Below, in pieces: positions 12,025 through 24,714 of a DNA stretch of 64,000 nucleotides. The DNA comes from Octopus bimaculoides (taxonomy: Eukaryota). The DNA is taken from NCBI RefSeq assembly GCF_001194135.2, contig NC_069000.1, positions 24,190,438-24,254,437 on the forward strand. Reading direction: 5' to 3'. Each line of letters starts with the position of its first letter. Within the stretch, counting starts at the first letter, position 1. The notes under the pieces were generated by a model. That model was given only the letters and a program-made list of their open reading frames with translations. It did no database searches and was not told where the DNA came from. The translations under genes were made by a program, and so were the position numbers.

Positions 12025-13666
12025 TATATCACGGTGACAAATGAAACTTCTTTGGTAACAAATCTACTTAATCAAAGCTTGCCCAAGGACAACAACAATA
12101 ACAACAGTGTATCTCCAAATCCTTTACGTTTATTTATCTTAGTCTTTATTATGCCCTGCATGTACTGAATTGTGAAAATGATATTGAGGAGAAAAAAATA
12201 AGAAAGCGAGAGAGAGAGCAAAATAAAAAAAACTGACAGACGGTAAGAAAGTTGATTTTGCCCAATGTATCCTAGTATATTTACATAATTAGATCACATC
12301 CCCTGAAGTTCAAATAAGGCCAGAATTTTTCAAAAACTCAATGATGCTCAGTTGGCATCGATTTTTGTGAGCTCAATTGGGCGTTTGAATGGAAATTCCC
12401 ATAACGATGTTATTTTTCCTGCAGCTTTTACCTTTTTTCACGTGTAAAATTTCAACAAAATCGACAGAATAGTCTCTTAAGAAATGCTTATTCAATACAA
12501 GGTGGGTTTAACTGTTTAACTTCAATATGGAAAACACGAGCAACGCCAGGTTCAACAGTATATATATATATATATTATAAATTAACTACCAATAAAAATA
12601 ATTGGTAAGCTAACTCAAAAAATCATCACCAAAATAGCAGAAAAAAACGATAGTGAAGGTATGCAGACTCTTCAAGAATCGATCCTTTTGGTTATATTAA
12701 TAATAATAAAGGAGTTACGACGCAAAAACGTATAAATTCAAATGAACATATTTATCTTCTTCAATATATATATATATATATATANNNNNNNNNNNNNNNN
12801 NNNNNNNNNNNNNNNNNNNNNNNTATATACACGGGGGATCTTTTCCTTTTGATCGATAGGTCGCTAAATTAATTTTTTTAACTAAACACTTTCAAACTTC
12901 GGATACTGGTAGAATGCGTAATATAGAACATCTTTTACTCTTAACGTTGTTGAGAAAAGTTTGTATTTTCGAAGTTGTTTCGTGTTAAAGTTGTCGTATT
13001 TGGGTAATTTCAACCAATCAATGACGTCTATTGAGCTGAATAAAGTTACTGCTGTTGTTTGTCAACAACTTCTGGCGGTGTATATTTCGTTTGTCACTGT
13101 TATTTATAACATATTTCATCTCAGTTACGTTCGTATGAATAAACGAGTGTATCTGAAGCACGTTTACTTCACAACACCACTATAATCGTTCGTGCATTTC
13201 TACTGCTTTTAGGTTTTTTTTCCCGTTTTTTCAGCTATTATTTTCGGAAAGTTTTCCTCCCGCACCCCCATTTTCTCGCAAATTATTGTTTAAAAAAAAA
13301 AATTTTTTTTGCCAAAAACTCAGCTTTTCGGATACGGAGATTCCGGAAAATTGCCAAAAATCAGAATTTTGAAATTTTTTGTTTCCCCGTTACCCCTCCC
13401 TTTCCAGTTTCTTCATTTTTCACTTTTTTCCGTAACCCTAACCCTAACCCTAAAACCCTAAATACACACACACACAAACACACACATACATATACACACA
13501 CACAAACATATATATATGTATACATATATGAGTTGTAATAATAAAGTCAAACCAAATAGTGATAATTTAAAATAATTTAATATGTACATATATATGTATA
13601 TACATGTTTATCTATATATGTATATAGATGTGTATATATTTATGTATATAAATATGTATATATATG

Positions 13667-13717
<51 letters not shown>

Positions 13718-14496
13718 NNNNNNNNNNNNNNNNNNNNNNNNNNNNNNNNNNNNNNNNNNNNNNNNNNNNNNNNNNNNNNNNNNNNNNNNNNNNNNNNNNN
13801 NNNNNNNNNNNNNNNNNNNNNNNNNNNNNNNNNNNNNNNNNNNNNNNNNNNNNNNNNNNNNNNNNNNNNNNNNNNNNNNNNNNNNNNNNNNNNNNNNNNN
13901 NNNNNNNNNNNNNNNNNNNNNNNNNNNNNNNNNNNNNNNNNNNNNNNNNNNNNNNNNNNNNNNNNNNNNNNNNNNNNNNNNNNNNNNNNNNNNNNNNNNN
14001 NNNNNNNNNNNNNNNNNNNNNNNNNNNNNNNNNNNNNNNNNNNNNNNNNNNNNNNNNNNNNNNNNNNNNNNNNNNNNNNNNNNNNNNNNNNNNNNNNNNN
14101 NNNNNNNNNNNNNNNNNNNNNNNNNNNNNNNNNNNNNNNNNNNNNNNNNNNNNNNNNNNNNNNNNNNNNNNNNNNNNNNNNNNNNNNNNNNNNNNNNNNN
14201 NNNNNNNNNNNNNNNNNNNNNNNNNNNNNNNNNNNNNNNNNNNNNNNNNNNNNNNNNNNNNNNNNNNNNNNNNNNNNNNNNNNNNNNNNNNNNNNNNNNN
14301 NNNNNNNNNNNNNNNNNNNNNNNNNNNNNNNNNNNNNNNNNNNNNNNNNNNNNNNNNNNNNNNNNNNNNNNNNNNNNNNNNNNNNNNNNNNNNNNNNNNN
14401 NNNNNNNNNNNNNNNNNNNNNNNNNNNNNNNNNNNNNNNNNNNNNNNNNNNNNNNNNNNNNNNNNNNNNNNNNNNNNNNNNNNNNNNNNNNNNNNN

Positions 14497-17400
14497 TTTA
14501 AAACAGGAACGCACTTGTTCCATTAAGGATGATTGGGACTAAACAGAAATTCGGTGATAAAACTTCTCTATCTAACACTCGAATGGAGTGTTGGAATATA
14601 ATGAAAAAAGAGAATGATGATTTTATCACATACGCAAGAACAGTCAATAGGATGTATGAAAGTTTTAAACTCAAAGAACTTACACCTGAGACGTTCAAGT
14701 GTCTTATTTTCGTACAAGGCCTTACAGCAAACCAAGATACAGAAATTTGGGCAATAATTCTTTCTAAATTGGAACAAGTGAACCAAGATCTAACCTTACA
14801 ATCCGTGAAAGAAGAATGCCAAAGGATGGTGAACCTGAAACACGATGTAGAAAAAATTCAAGAAAAGGATTTCTCAAAGATACAGATATACCGACCGGAA
14901 AAGTACAACCAAAAAAGAGCTCCACGCCCTAATCCATGTTATGGATGTTGGGGAATAATTTCAGAAATGACTGTCCATTAAGAAATCAAAAATGTTACAT
15001 TGCAAAAGAATTGGTCACAAGAGTTCACCCAGCAGAACAAAATAACGAAGGTCAAACGTTAAAAATCCTAGAGTGCTCTCAGCAGAAACAAAAATCAACT
15101 CCCAAATAAGAAAATTCGTAGACGTAAAACTAAATGGAATACATATTAAGCTTCAATTGGATACTGGAAGTGATATTTCAATAATAAACATGAATACATG
15201 GAAGAAATATGGAAACCTATGTTCAGAAAAACAGCGAAATCTGCTCGTAGCGTGACGGGCGACAAATTACATTTCATAGGTGAAATGTGGACTAATGTCA
15301 CATTTCGAAGGAAAACATGGAAGGCGAGAGTCTTCGTCGTTAAGAATGCAACCGATCTGTTTGGTACCGATTGGTTAGAATTAATTGATTTATGGGACCT
15401 CTCCATAAATCTCTATTGTAAAAACGTAAATGGTTGTCCCTCTAAAAACAATTCGAGTGAAGAGTTAAAGAGAAAATTAAAAAAAATGTTTCCGCAAGTA
15501 CTCCCGAACAAATTAGGTCTATGCACAAAGACGAAAGCGTGTTTTGGATTAGATGATAACGTTACACCCGTGTTCAAGCCTAGTAGGAAAGTGCCTTTTG
15601 CAGCAATAAAGCAAGTGGACGATGAGTTGGACAGACTGGAAAAAAATGGAATCATTGAAAAAGTGGATTACGCGAAATGGGCAGCTCCGACTGTATGTAT
15701 AAAAAAGAAAAATTAGGCTGTATGCCGATTTTTCGACCGGTTTAAATGACTGTTTAAAAATGAACCATTATCCACTATCGACACCAGAAGATATTTTTAC
15801 AAAACTAAACGGAGTAAAAATACTTTCAAAACTCAATTTGTCTGACACATATCTACAAATCAAAGTAGATAAAAAAATGCTCAAAGCTATTAATGGTCAA
15901 CACGCACAGAGGTCTATACAAATACAATAGACTACCTTTTGGACTGAAGGTAGCACCTACAATGTTTCAACAAGTGATGGACGTGATGTTGGCAGCTGTC
16001 AGTTTGCTATTCTTTATCTTGACGCGAATCGCGAAATGAGCATATCGAACACATGAGTTGTGTCTTTAAAAATATTAAGGATTATGGTTTCACACTCAGT
16101 GAAGAGAAGTGTGAATTTGTTTTGCCTAAAATCAAATACCTAGGTAAGAATGGAAAACGTCCTGACCCATCAGCGCAGACGCAATCAAGGATATACCTCC
16201 TCCAACGAATATACTGACATTACAAGCTTTCCATGGCCTAGTAAATTACTATTATCAGTACATTCCAAATATACATAAATTGAGAGCACCTTTAAATGAT
16301 TTGCTAAAAAAAGAAGTAAAATAGAATTGGTCAGTAAAGTGCCAAAACGCATTTGAAGACATAAAGAAAATACTAATTTCTGACTTGTCACTCGCGCATG
16401 GAAATTGTTGTAGCGTCTGATAGGTCGGGGTATGGAATAGGAACAGTCTAGCTACACAAGTATAAAGATAGAAATATGAAGCCAGTAGTTCATGTTTCAC
16501 GTTCGCTGATAGCAGCGGAAAAAAGTATAGTTAGATAGATGAGGCTCTATCGATTATTTTTGCGGTGAAAAAAATTTCATAAATTTCTACATTGTTGAAG
16601 TATTTTGCTACAAACCAACCATAGACCATTATTATCAATTTTTGGACCAAAGAAGAGATTGCCTACCCATACAGCGAACCGACTACAACGCTGGGGTACA
16701 ATATTGCTGAACTACAATTTTAAGATGCAGTATATTCCGTCGGAGAAAATTGGTCATGCATACTGCTTATCGAAGCTAATTCCCGTGAGCGTGGAACCGC
16801 TATAAGAGACCGTGATAGCGTCATTGCAGTCAGAAAATGAAGTAAGAAGTATTGTGTGTAATATAATTCAGGAACTGCCGGTGACAGTGCATGATATAAA
16901 AATGAAATCTGCAGAGGATAGTTAAATAACAAGAATGAAAGAAACATTGGAAATAAGCATAATAATAATAATACAAACTCAAATAATCTCTCACTATGCG
17001 ACGATGTCTTAATGTACGCGCAGAGAGTACCAAGTGCACTACAGAAACGAGTATTGCAAAATTCTACTGTGGGCACCCAGGAATTCCAGAATGAAAGCTT
17101 TAATGAAGAGCTTTGTATATTGGCCGACTATGGATAGGAACATAGAGAAATTGGTAAAAGCATGTTGAAATTGTGCGTTGGCAACCAAAGAACCACAAGT
17201 AAAATACCAATCGCGGTCGGTGACTGAGAGACTATGGTCCAGGATACATATCGACTACGCTGGACAAGTGAACGGCGCATGCTATCTAATCGTTGTAGAT
17301 AGCTATACAAAGTGGCCAGAGGTATGCAGATGTAATAAACCCACAGCTCGATACGGGGTTCCAGACACGTTAGTTTCAGATAATGGAACACAATTCAAGG

Positions 17401-18375
17401 GACATGAATTAAGAAATTTCTGCAAAATACATGTCATAAAGCACATCTTTAACCCGCCCTACCACCCGAGGTCAAATGGGCAGGCAGAAAAATTTGTCGA
17501 CACGTTCAAAAGAGCTCTAAGAAAAGCTAGGAATGAGCTAGATAATGACGAGGCACTAACGAAATTTTTGAGAGTATATAGAATAACGCCAAATCCAAAT
17601 ACTAATTCAGGAAAGTCACCAGCAGAATTAATGTCCCTGCGTAAAATAAAATCGATCATCAATAAAATATTGCCAGGAAAAAATACATATAAAGGAAAGA
17701 CAAAAAATACATTTGAAGGAAATACAAGAAATATTACAAACATTTTGAAGTAGGAGACAAAGTTCATATTAAAAATTACAATAATGGTAAAGAAGGTTGG
17801 GAGGATGGCTGTGTAATCAAAATATTAGGTAACATGATGTATTTAATTAAAGGACAACGTTTGGAACATAAGAAACACTTTAACCAGTTAGAGATGAGAC
17901 ATACAGAAGAACGAAGGGTAATACCAATGGAAGTATTCTATGATATGTTTGAAGTGCCAGCACCGAGAGATATAGAACCCTGTAAAACTAGCTTCAGAAA
18001 ACGGAAACAGACTGAATATCCGGAAAATAAACGAAAAAGATATGAAATAAAAAACAAAAACAAAAAAGCAAAATAAAAAACCTCAAAAAACAAGAGTACT
18101 AACAAAAGTGCTTAGTACAATGAAAAGAAAAAGTGCATTGTGCAGTGAACAATACTACCTTAAAAGTCGGGTAACAATTAAGATACAACAACTAAAACAA
18201 AAAAAAAAGTGGGGGAGAGGTGCTGGAAAGAAAAAAAAATATTCCACTTTCTTACAGTAATCGAAATCTATAAAGGGGAGATGTTATGATGAGAGTTACG
18301 ACGCCCCCTTGCGAGGGATAGACTGGTCCTAGTATAGTATAAACAGTAACGACCCGAGTGAGTTCAAGATTCAGA
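14497..18375 (+). mobile_element. Ty3/Gypsy LTR retrotransposon (K02A2.6-like), decayed; 5' LTR probably in the preceding gap
   Basis: Gag-like ORF 14529-14981 with frameshifted zinc knuckles. Protease LQLDTGSDISII. RT (KVDYAKWAAPTV; YxDD decayed to YLDA). RNase H (LQTNHRPLLSIFG). Integrase (HIDYAG...DSYTKWPEV, VSDNGTQF, PPYHPRSNGQAEKFV). PPT aaaggggaga at 18272-18281, followed by a TGTTATG LTR start at 18282. Confidence 0.95.
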
Positions 18376-18379
18376 GTTT

Positions 18380-18738
18380 GGAGTTGCAATGACCCAGTGG
18401 TTAGGGCAGCGGACTCGCGGTCATAGGATCGCGGTTTCAACTCCCAGACCGGGCGTTGTGAGTGTTTATTGAGCGAAAACACCTAAAGCTCCACGAGGCT
18501 CCGGCAGGGGATGGTGGCGAACCCTGCTGTACTCTTTCACCACAACTTTCTCTCATTCTTTCTTCCTGTTTCTGTTGTGCCTGTAATTCAAAGGGCCAGC
18601 CTTGTCACACTGTGTCACGCTGAATATCCCCGAGAACTACGTTAAGGGTACACGTGTCTGTGGAGTGCTCAGCCACTTGCACGTTAATTTCACGAACAGG
18701 CTGTTCCGTTGATCGGATCAACTGGAACCCTCGGCGTC
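18380..18738 (+). mobile_element. tRNA-derived SINE (family C) inserted in the Gypsy 3' LTR
   Basis: Head ...gacccagtggttagggcagcggactcgcgg...ggtttcaactcc with A/B-box-like motifs, then a long body running into the N gap. Confidence 0.75.
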
Positions 18739-19159
18739 NNNNNNNNNNNNNNNNNNNNNNNNNNNNNNNNNNNNNNNNNNNNNNNNNNNNNNNNNNNNNN
18801 NNNNNNNNNNNNNNNNNNNNNNNNNNNNNNNNNNNNNNNNNNNNNNNNNNNNNNNNNNNNNNNNNNNNNNNNNNNNNNNNNNNNNNNNNNNNNNNNNNNN
18901 NNNNNNNNNNNNNNNNNNNNNNNNNNNNNNNNNNNNNNNNNNNNNNNNNNNNNNNNNNNNNNNNNNNNNNNNNNNNNNNNNNNNNNNNNNNNNNNNNNNN
19001 NNNNNNNNNNNNNNNNNNNNNNNNNNNNNNNNNNNNNNNNNNNNNNNNNNNNNNNNNNNNNNNNNNNNNNNNNNNNNNNNNNNNNNNNNNNNNNNNNNNN
19101 NNNNNNNNNNNNNNNNNNNNNNNNNNACACACACACACACACACAAACGTGCATATATA

Positions 19160-19272
19160 TATGATGGACTTCTTTTGGTTTCCGTCTACCAGATCCACTC
19201 GCAAGGCTTGGGTCAGCCCGAGGCTATAGTAGAAGACACTTGCCCAAGGTGCCACGAAGTGGGACTGAACCT
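19160..19272 (-). mobile_element. SINE family A fragment
   Basis: tttccgtctacc...cgaggctatagtagaagacacttgcccaaggtgccacg...gtgggactgaacc. Confidence 0.85.
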
Positions 19273-19338
19273 ATAAACAATACAATAGATGGACTGAGGT
19301 TCGCTACAGCTGTTTTAGACGTGTTCTTTATTCTTCAA

Positions 19339-19943
19339 GTGAATTAAGAGTAAAAGAGTAAAAACATTTAGAATTTTTCACACAAATAGCATATAAGGCG
19401 TGTTGATCATCTCCTCTCGGTTACAGTTGAGAGAGTATAATAGAGAATGCTATTTCGAAGTAAATATAAATGGTAATAAATTAATCAACGCGTTTAAGGG
19501 ATTGAAATAGAGGAAGGAAAAGAGAGAAATGGAAGGGGAGAAAAAGTAAAAGGAAAAAAGGAAAAATATCCATTTAAAGGATGTCAAAAGGTTTCTCTAT
19601 CGTCTAACAATCGAGAGGGCAAGATGGCTGACCACTATCTGATGGCATCAAGATAAGCAAGAGAATGAACGATTGTGAATAAAATTAAAAGGAGTTGAAA
19701 TAAAGGAAAACCACCAGCAGATCACGGCAAAGGGGCACCAAGAATAGGCCACAAAGTAGAAGGCATATATATAAGTGGAGTATGCAATACACAGACTCAA
19801 AACAAACAAATACATACACACACATGCATACACACGCGCGCGCACGCGCACACACATGCGTATATATATTCATACATACACACATGCACACACAAACACG
19901 TCCACATACATATTACATACAACATATACACAACCGCATGCCT

Positions 19944-19981
<38 letters not shown>

Positions 19982-20029
19982 CAAGTATACAGAGACAACA
20001 ATGCCGTGATATATATATATATATAAAGA
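19339..20029. repeat. Outer inverted repeat, left arm (pairs with 24715-25411)
   Basis: About 690 bp that is the reverse complement of 24715-25411, including the internal CA/TA microsatellites. Confidence 0.92.
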
Positions 20030-20637
20030 CAAGAAAATGGAGAGGATAGTCAATCGACAAACATCAGCCTGTAAACATTCATTTAGATCTATTTATTGAT
20101 TAATTACAATCATATGTATAAGTAATCAAAATAAATAAGCAAATAAACAAGCAAATAAATAAATGAATAAGAATAAATGAGTGTAAAATACTAAACCCTT
20201 ACAGCTGTTTCTACTTTGGGGTGTCTAACTTGCCAAGGTTTCCACATCATGCCAGTAATGTACAGGGATTGTACAAAGGTTGAACAAGCATTGGACAGGG
20301 ATTGGACAATAATTGAGCCCCAAAGCTTCATCAGAAAGACCATAATGTTAGGAATCTAACATGTGAGGAAGTAAGATAAAATAATAAATAAAATAATAAA
20401 AATAGTAAGGAATGGTAAAAAAGTCAATTCCAAGGTAATATCCATAAGTTATGGGATTACATCTTACGGTGAAGAAAGCCATTTCCAGAAACAATTTCCA
20501 TAGGTTATGAAAGTTACATCCTATTTCCATTTACTGGGGGAAATAGCAACGGTAAGACGTTGTGGGCTGAGTTTAATAGGATGGTCCATATCACAGGGTC
20601 AAAAGGTAGAGGCTAACGGCTATGTAATAGAGTATCA

Positions 20638-21092
20638 TAAAAATTAACAAAGGTAACTTAATGTGAACTTGTTTATGGAAATCAATACACAACTACATCA
20701 ATGAGGGAATAATTCGGGTAAAACTTGAGCGTGATTTTATTACTTATTGACAAAACCTCATCCTAATACCCCTATGCAGAGTAGGGTGAGGCCAAAGTTA
20801 ATCCTGCAACTTAATTTGTCCGCTACTTTTTGAAAACAATGGCATTTTTCAGATCCGTTAAATCTATCAATGAAATACAAAACAAATAAGAAAAATATTC
20901 AAGGAATGAATTGTCTAAGGGAACTTACATATATACTATTTTGTTATGAAAATATCTGGGATATATATCAAATTTACAGGTAATAGTCTGAACGAGGGAA
21001 AATAAAGGATTTAACAATGAATGGAAAAATCAACACTCCTGGACTTTAGCAAAGGGAGGTAACTGAGTAGTACATTATCGTATAATAAAGCA
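20638..21092. repeat. Inner inverted repeat, left arm (pairs with 23178-23548)
   Basis: Reverse complement of 23178-23548, apart from a roughly 105-bp extra segment here and a roughly 38-bp extra segment in the right arm. Confidence 0.9.
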
Positions 21093-21639
21093 GAGAAAAA
21101 TTATGCACTAAAATAAAGTTTAGGATATGTTATTCCGTTATGGATTGATTTAAGTTATAATTTTCAATTGACAGGTAATTGTCTGAAATAGAGAAGCAAA
21201 GGTGAAAAGGAATGAATGAAAATATTTTCAGAATTATAGACTACAACTGAAGGGAGGTAACCGTGTAATAGGTTCCATTGTTAGGATACAGAGAGATATT
21301 TAGACACTTAAAATAAGGTTGAAGTTATTTTCAATTATAAAGAGAAATAGAGGGTATTCATGATAGGGTATTCATTCTAAAAAAAGAATAAATTTATAAA
21401 TTCTAGAAGTACACAGAGATATAAGAAGGATAAAATGAATAACATAAGAAATCCCGAATAGGTACCCGTCGTTAACTCCACTAATAGTGATAACAATAAT
21501 AATGCTAATTATAATAATGTAGATATAATAGTTAATGTGAATAATGCAACCACCAATGATAGATATAACGTCAATACTATCAATAATAAAAATTATTGCC
21601 CAAATAAAAACAACAGACCAACAAACAGTAATCCTAATC

Positions 21640-21900
21640 ATGCGAACCAAGGAAATGATACTGTCTGGCTAATGTTACCATATGCTATGCAAATAAAAAA
21701 TAACTTAGTAAAAACAATATTTAAACTAATTAACAAATACTTTATAAAAGGAAAAAATAAATACTGGGAAATCATTAATAGTAAAACAATAAGAATAAGT
21801 TATAGCCTGACACAACCTGGTTACTATCATCTCCTCCATGAATAATAAAAAACTTGAAACTTTTTACCTAAATAGAAAAAATAACAGTAATATTAACACA

Positions 21901-21957
<57 letters not shown>

Positions 21958-22222
21958 CAAAAACACCAGGACTTACAAATATATATAACATACAGAAAAT
22001 TGCACTACTGGGTACTGCACACATTCTACGCAAAACACTTTCAATACAGTAAACATAAGAGCACCACAGCAAACCACAGCACATACCCAAGGCGCACAGA
22101 GCTGCGCTCGGTAGTGAAGTGAAAGCTCGCTATAAAAATTAAACTACTGAATAATAATAATAATAACAACAACAATAATAATAATAATAATGACAATGAT
22201 GATGATGATGATGATGATAATG

Positions 22223-22277
<55 letters not shown>

Positions 22278-22780
22278 TAGTAATTATATTGCACCAAATG
22301 ATACCCCCAATAGACACACTAACCAAACCAGTGTAGACCACACACAGCAGTATAGATATTGTGATTGTAGAAATAGTAATAATTGTGTCAATAATAATTG
22401 TTATAAAGAAGAAATAGTTTACCAATGTGTATAGTTTACCAATGTGTACTTAATCAAGTAATAAGGTATATGTGGTGGCCACCCAAAACCATATGAAACG
22501 TAGACTGAACTATCATCTATATACCTTCAGAAACAGAAATAGGAGGAATTCCACTGGTTTGAGTAATTATATAAGATAAGGATGTTAGTTATGACCTCCA
22601 CTGGAAAATTTTAGCCTCAGCCCCTGCGTATGATTTAAAGAATAAGAAATGTTTGTTATGTATAAGTGAAATTCTATTTATATTAAAGGCCAACCATCCT
22701 CTACTTAACAGTAAAAAAGAAAGGAATGTTTTCTGCCTTCATAAGGCTAAACACATTTTCTCTAAATATCATTAATATTA
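21640..22780 (+). mobile_element. Penelope-like element (linker plus GIY-YIG), interrupted by an R4/Dong insertion
   Basis: VWLMLPYAMQIKNNLVKTIFKLINKYF...INSKTIRISYS, then YCDCRNSNNCVNNNCYKEEIVYQC, then KVYVVATQNHMKRRLNYHLYTFRNRNRRNSTGLSNYI...WKILASAPAYDLKNKKCLLCISE...LLN...FCLHKAKH. Confidence 0.88.
21959..22150 (+). mobile_element. R4/Dong-clade LINE 3' end, flanked by (AAT)n
   Basis: PGLTNIYNIQKIALLGTAHILRKTLSIQ* is the conserved C-terminus of R4-clade REL-endonuclease LINEs. (AAT)n lies at about 21899-21957 and 22150-22275. Confidence 0.85.
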
Positions 22781-23177
22781 ATTATTATTAGTACTAGTGC
22801 CTCTTTTGATAAAAACATATTATTGGGACTTGCCCTCTCCATAGTATAAATCTTTATACCTATTTGCCTTTAAATACTTTATAGTACCTCTAAATCTACC
22901 CCACTTTATTTGTTTGCCCCTAGTCACCTGTTCCTTAACATTCTCTGAATTGCAGACTTATAAACTCACAAGCATTACTATCGGTATTATACCGCTACAC
23001 TTGTTATAGGCAACAGGACCCAATTTTGACTATCTTGTTCAACTTTCTTTTCCTAATCTGAGCACTATATATCGAATGCCATCCTTCTCTACTATATGTG
23101 TAAGACAACATTCTCTATATACCTTATTTATTATTTTATTTATAAATAAATATATATGTATGCAACTAGTATATAAT

Positions 23178-23548
23178 GCTTGATAATACGATAATGTACT
23201 ACTCGGTTACCTTCCTTTGCTAAAGTCCAGGAGTGTTGATTTTTCCATTCATTGTTAAATCCTTTATTTTCCCTCGTTCAGACTATTACCTGTAAATTTG
23301 ATATATATCCCAGATATTTTCTTAACAAAATAGTATATCCCTAGCCGTAAGTACTATTCATCACCCCTTCAGTATGTAAGTCCCTTAGACAATTCATTCC
23401 TTGAATATTTTTCTTATTTGTTTTGTATTATATTAATAGATTTAACGGACCTGGAATATAAAATCTCGCTCAAGTTTTACCCGAATTATTCCCTCATTAA
23501 TATAGTTATGTATTGATTTCCCTAAACAAGTTCACATTAAGCTAACTT
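23178..23548. repeat. Inner inverted repeat, right arm
   Basis: Reverse complement of 20638-21092. Confidence 0.9.
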
Positions 23549-23681
23549 TGTTAATTTATTGACCCCGAAAGGATGAAAGGCAAAGTCGACCTGGGCGGAA
23601 TTTGAATTCAGAACCTGAAGACGGACGAAATGCCGTTGAGCATTTTGCCTGGCGTTCAACCGATTCTGTCAGCTCGCCGCC

Positions 23682-23684
<3 letters not shown>
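23549..23684 (-). mobile_element. tRNA-derived SINE family B, 5' part
   Basis: Minus strand ggcggcgagctgacagaatcg...gttctgaattcaaattccgcc...gtcgactttgcctttcatcctttcggggtc. Related copies at 39480-39690, 46560-46745 and 46780-46960. Confidence 0.85.
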
Positions 23685-23758
<74 letters not shown>

Positions 23759-23769
23759 AAATAGTAATT

Positions 23770-24215
23770 TAACGTCTCCAAACAAATGCAATTGTCGGGA
23801 CCGAACTAACTGTCCGCTTAAAAGGGCCTGGTTGGCAAATAATATAGACTATAAATGTAATAGAAAAAGCATTACTAACATATTTACCTACACAGACGGA
23901 ACCACAGATACCTTCAAATCGAGATTGCATAATCACCTTTCTTCCTTTAAACACCGTCTTAAGGACGCTAGCACATCTCTTGCGGAGAAAGTGTAGGTAT
24001 TAAGGGAGAGTAATACTCAATTTGAAATGGCGTGGAATATTGTTAGAAGGGCCCCACCGTATTCTAATTACAAGTACGGCTGCAGATTATTCTGCAGCGA
24101 ACTGTATGAAACATTAAAGCATCAGGGCAACATACTGAATAGGAAAGCTGAACTGAGGCGTAACTCTTTGCACCAAATTCGACCTGTGATCGAGCACTTT
24201 AAAGCAGTTGCATAA
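23770..24215 (+). mobile_element. Penelope-like GIY-YIG endonuclease remnant (second PLE)
   Basis: CNCRDRTNCPLKG, then after a frameshift YTDGTTDTFKSRLHNHLSSFK...STSLAEKV*...WNIVRRAPPY...CRLFCSE...ILNRKAEL. Confidence 0.88.
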
Positions 24216-24515
24216 TGTCTACAAATTCCCGTTTACATTTCCTTAAGGTAATTTAGATAGCTGCTGATTGTTCGCAACGCTGTTCCTTACATTATATGTT
24301 GGTAATCTTATAATGGACATACTTTATCAACATTGGTTACCAATTGTGGCCTACATAATTACATTACGTAATGTAACGCTAATATAGCGTATGACATCGC
24401 TTCTGACCGTTATCCCCTTCACTCACTTATTATTTTACTATATCAAATATAATTATATTACTTTGTAAGTGGATTGCACTGTAGTTGTACGTACATACAT
24501 ACATACATATATACA

Positions 24516-24571
<56 letters not shown>

Positions 24572-24714
24572 TAATTTTGTGTTTATATGGGAATATGTAT
24601 GTAAGTATGTATGTATGTTTGCATGTAAGTATGTATATATATTAATTTTACACAATTTTTGCGATCATTTATGCATACACGGAAGTGAGGTAGATGTATA
24701 TGCATTTATATATA

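Noticed and set aside
12260-12560. Helitron-like 3' end (cacgagcaacgccagg...)
   Set aside because: No terminal CTAG and no clear hairpin; resemblance alone is insufficient.
13582-14542. Long ORFs of 150-345 aa in the ORF track here and at 18.6-19.2, 28.4-29.1, 30.9-31.7, 32.1-32.7, 35.6-36.5, 45.4-46.0, 50.5-52.4 and 54.8-56.9 kb
   Set aside because: They are open only because they run through N gaps (poly-X) or TA/CA/TACA microsatellites. They are not genes.
21893-22425. Poly-N/Y/L/I/S ORFs
   Set aside because: These are translations of (AAT)n/(GAT)n arrays, not low-complexity proteins.
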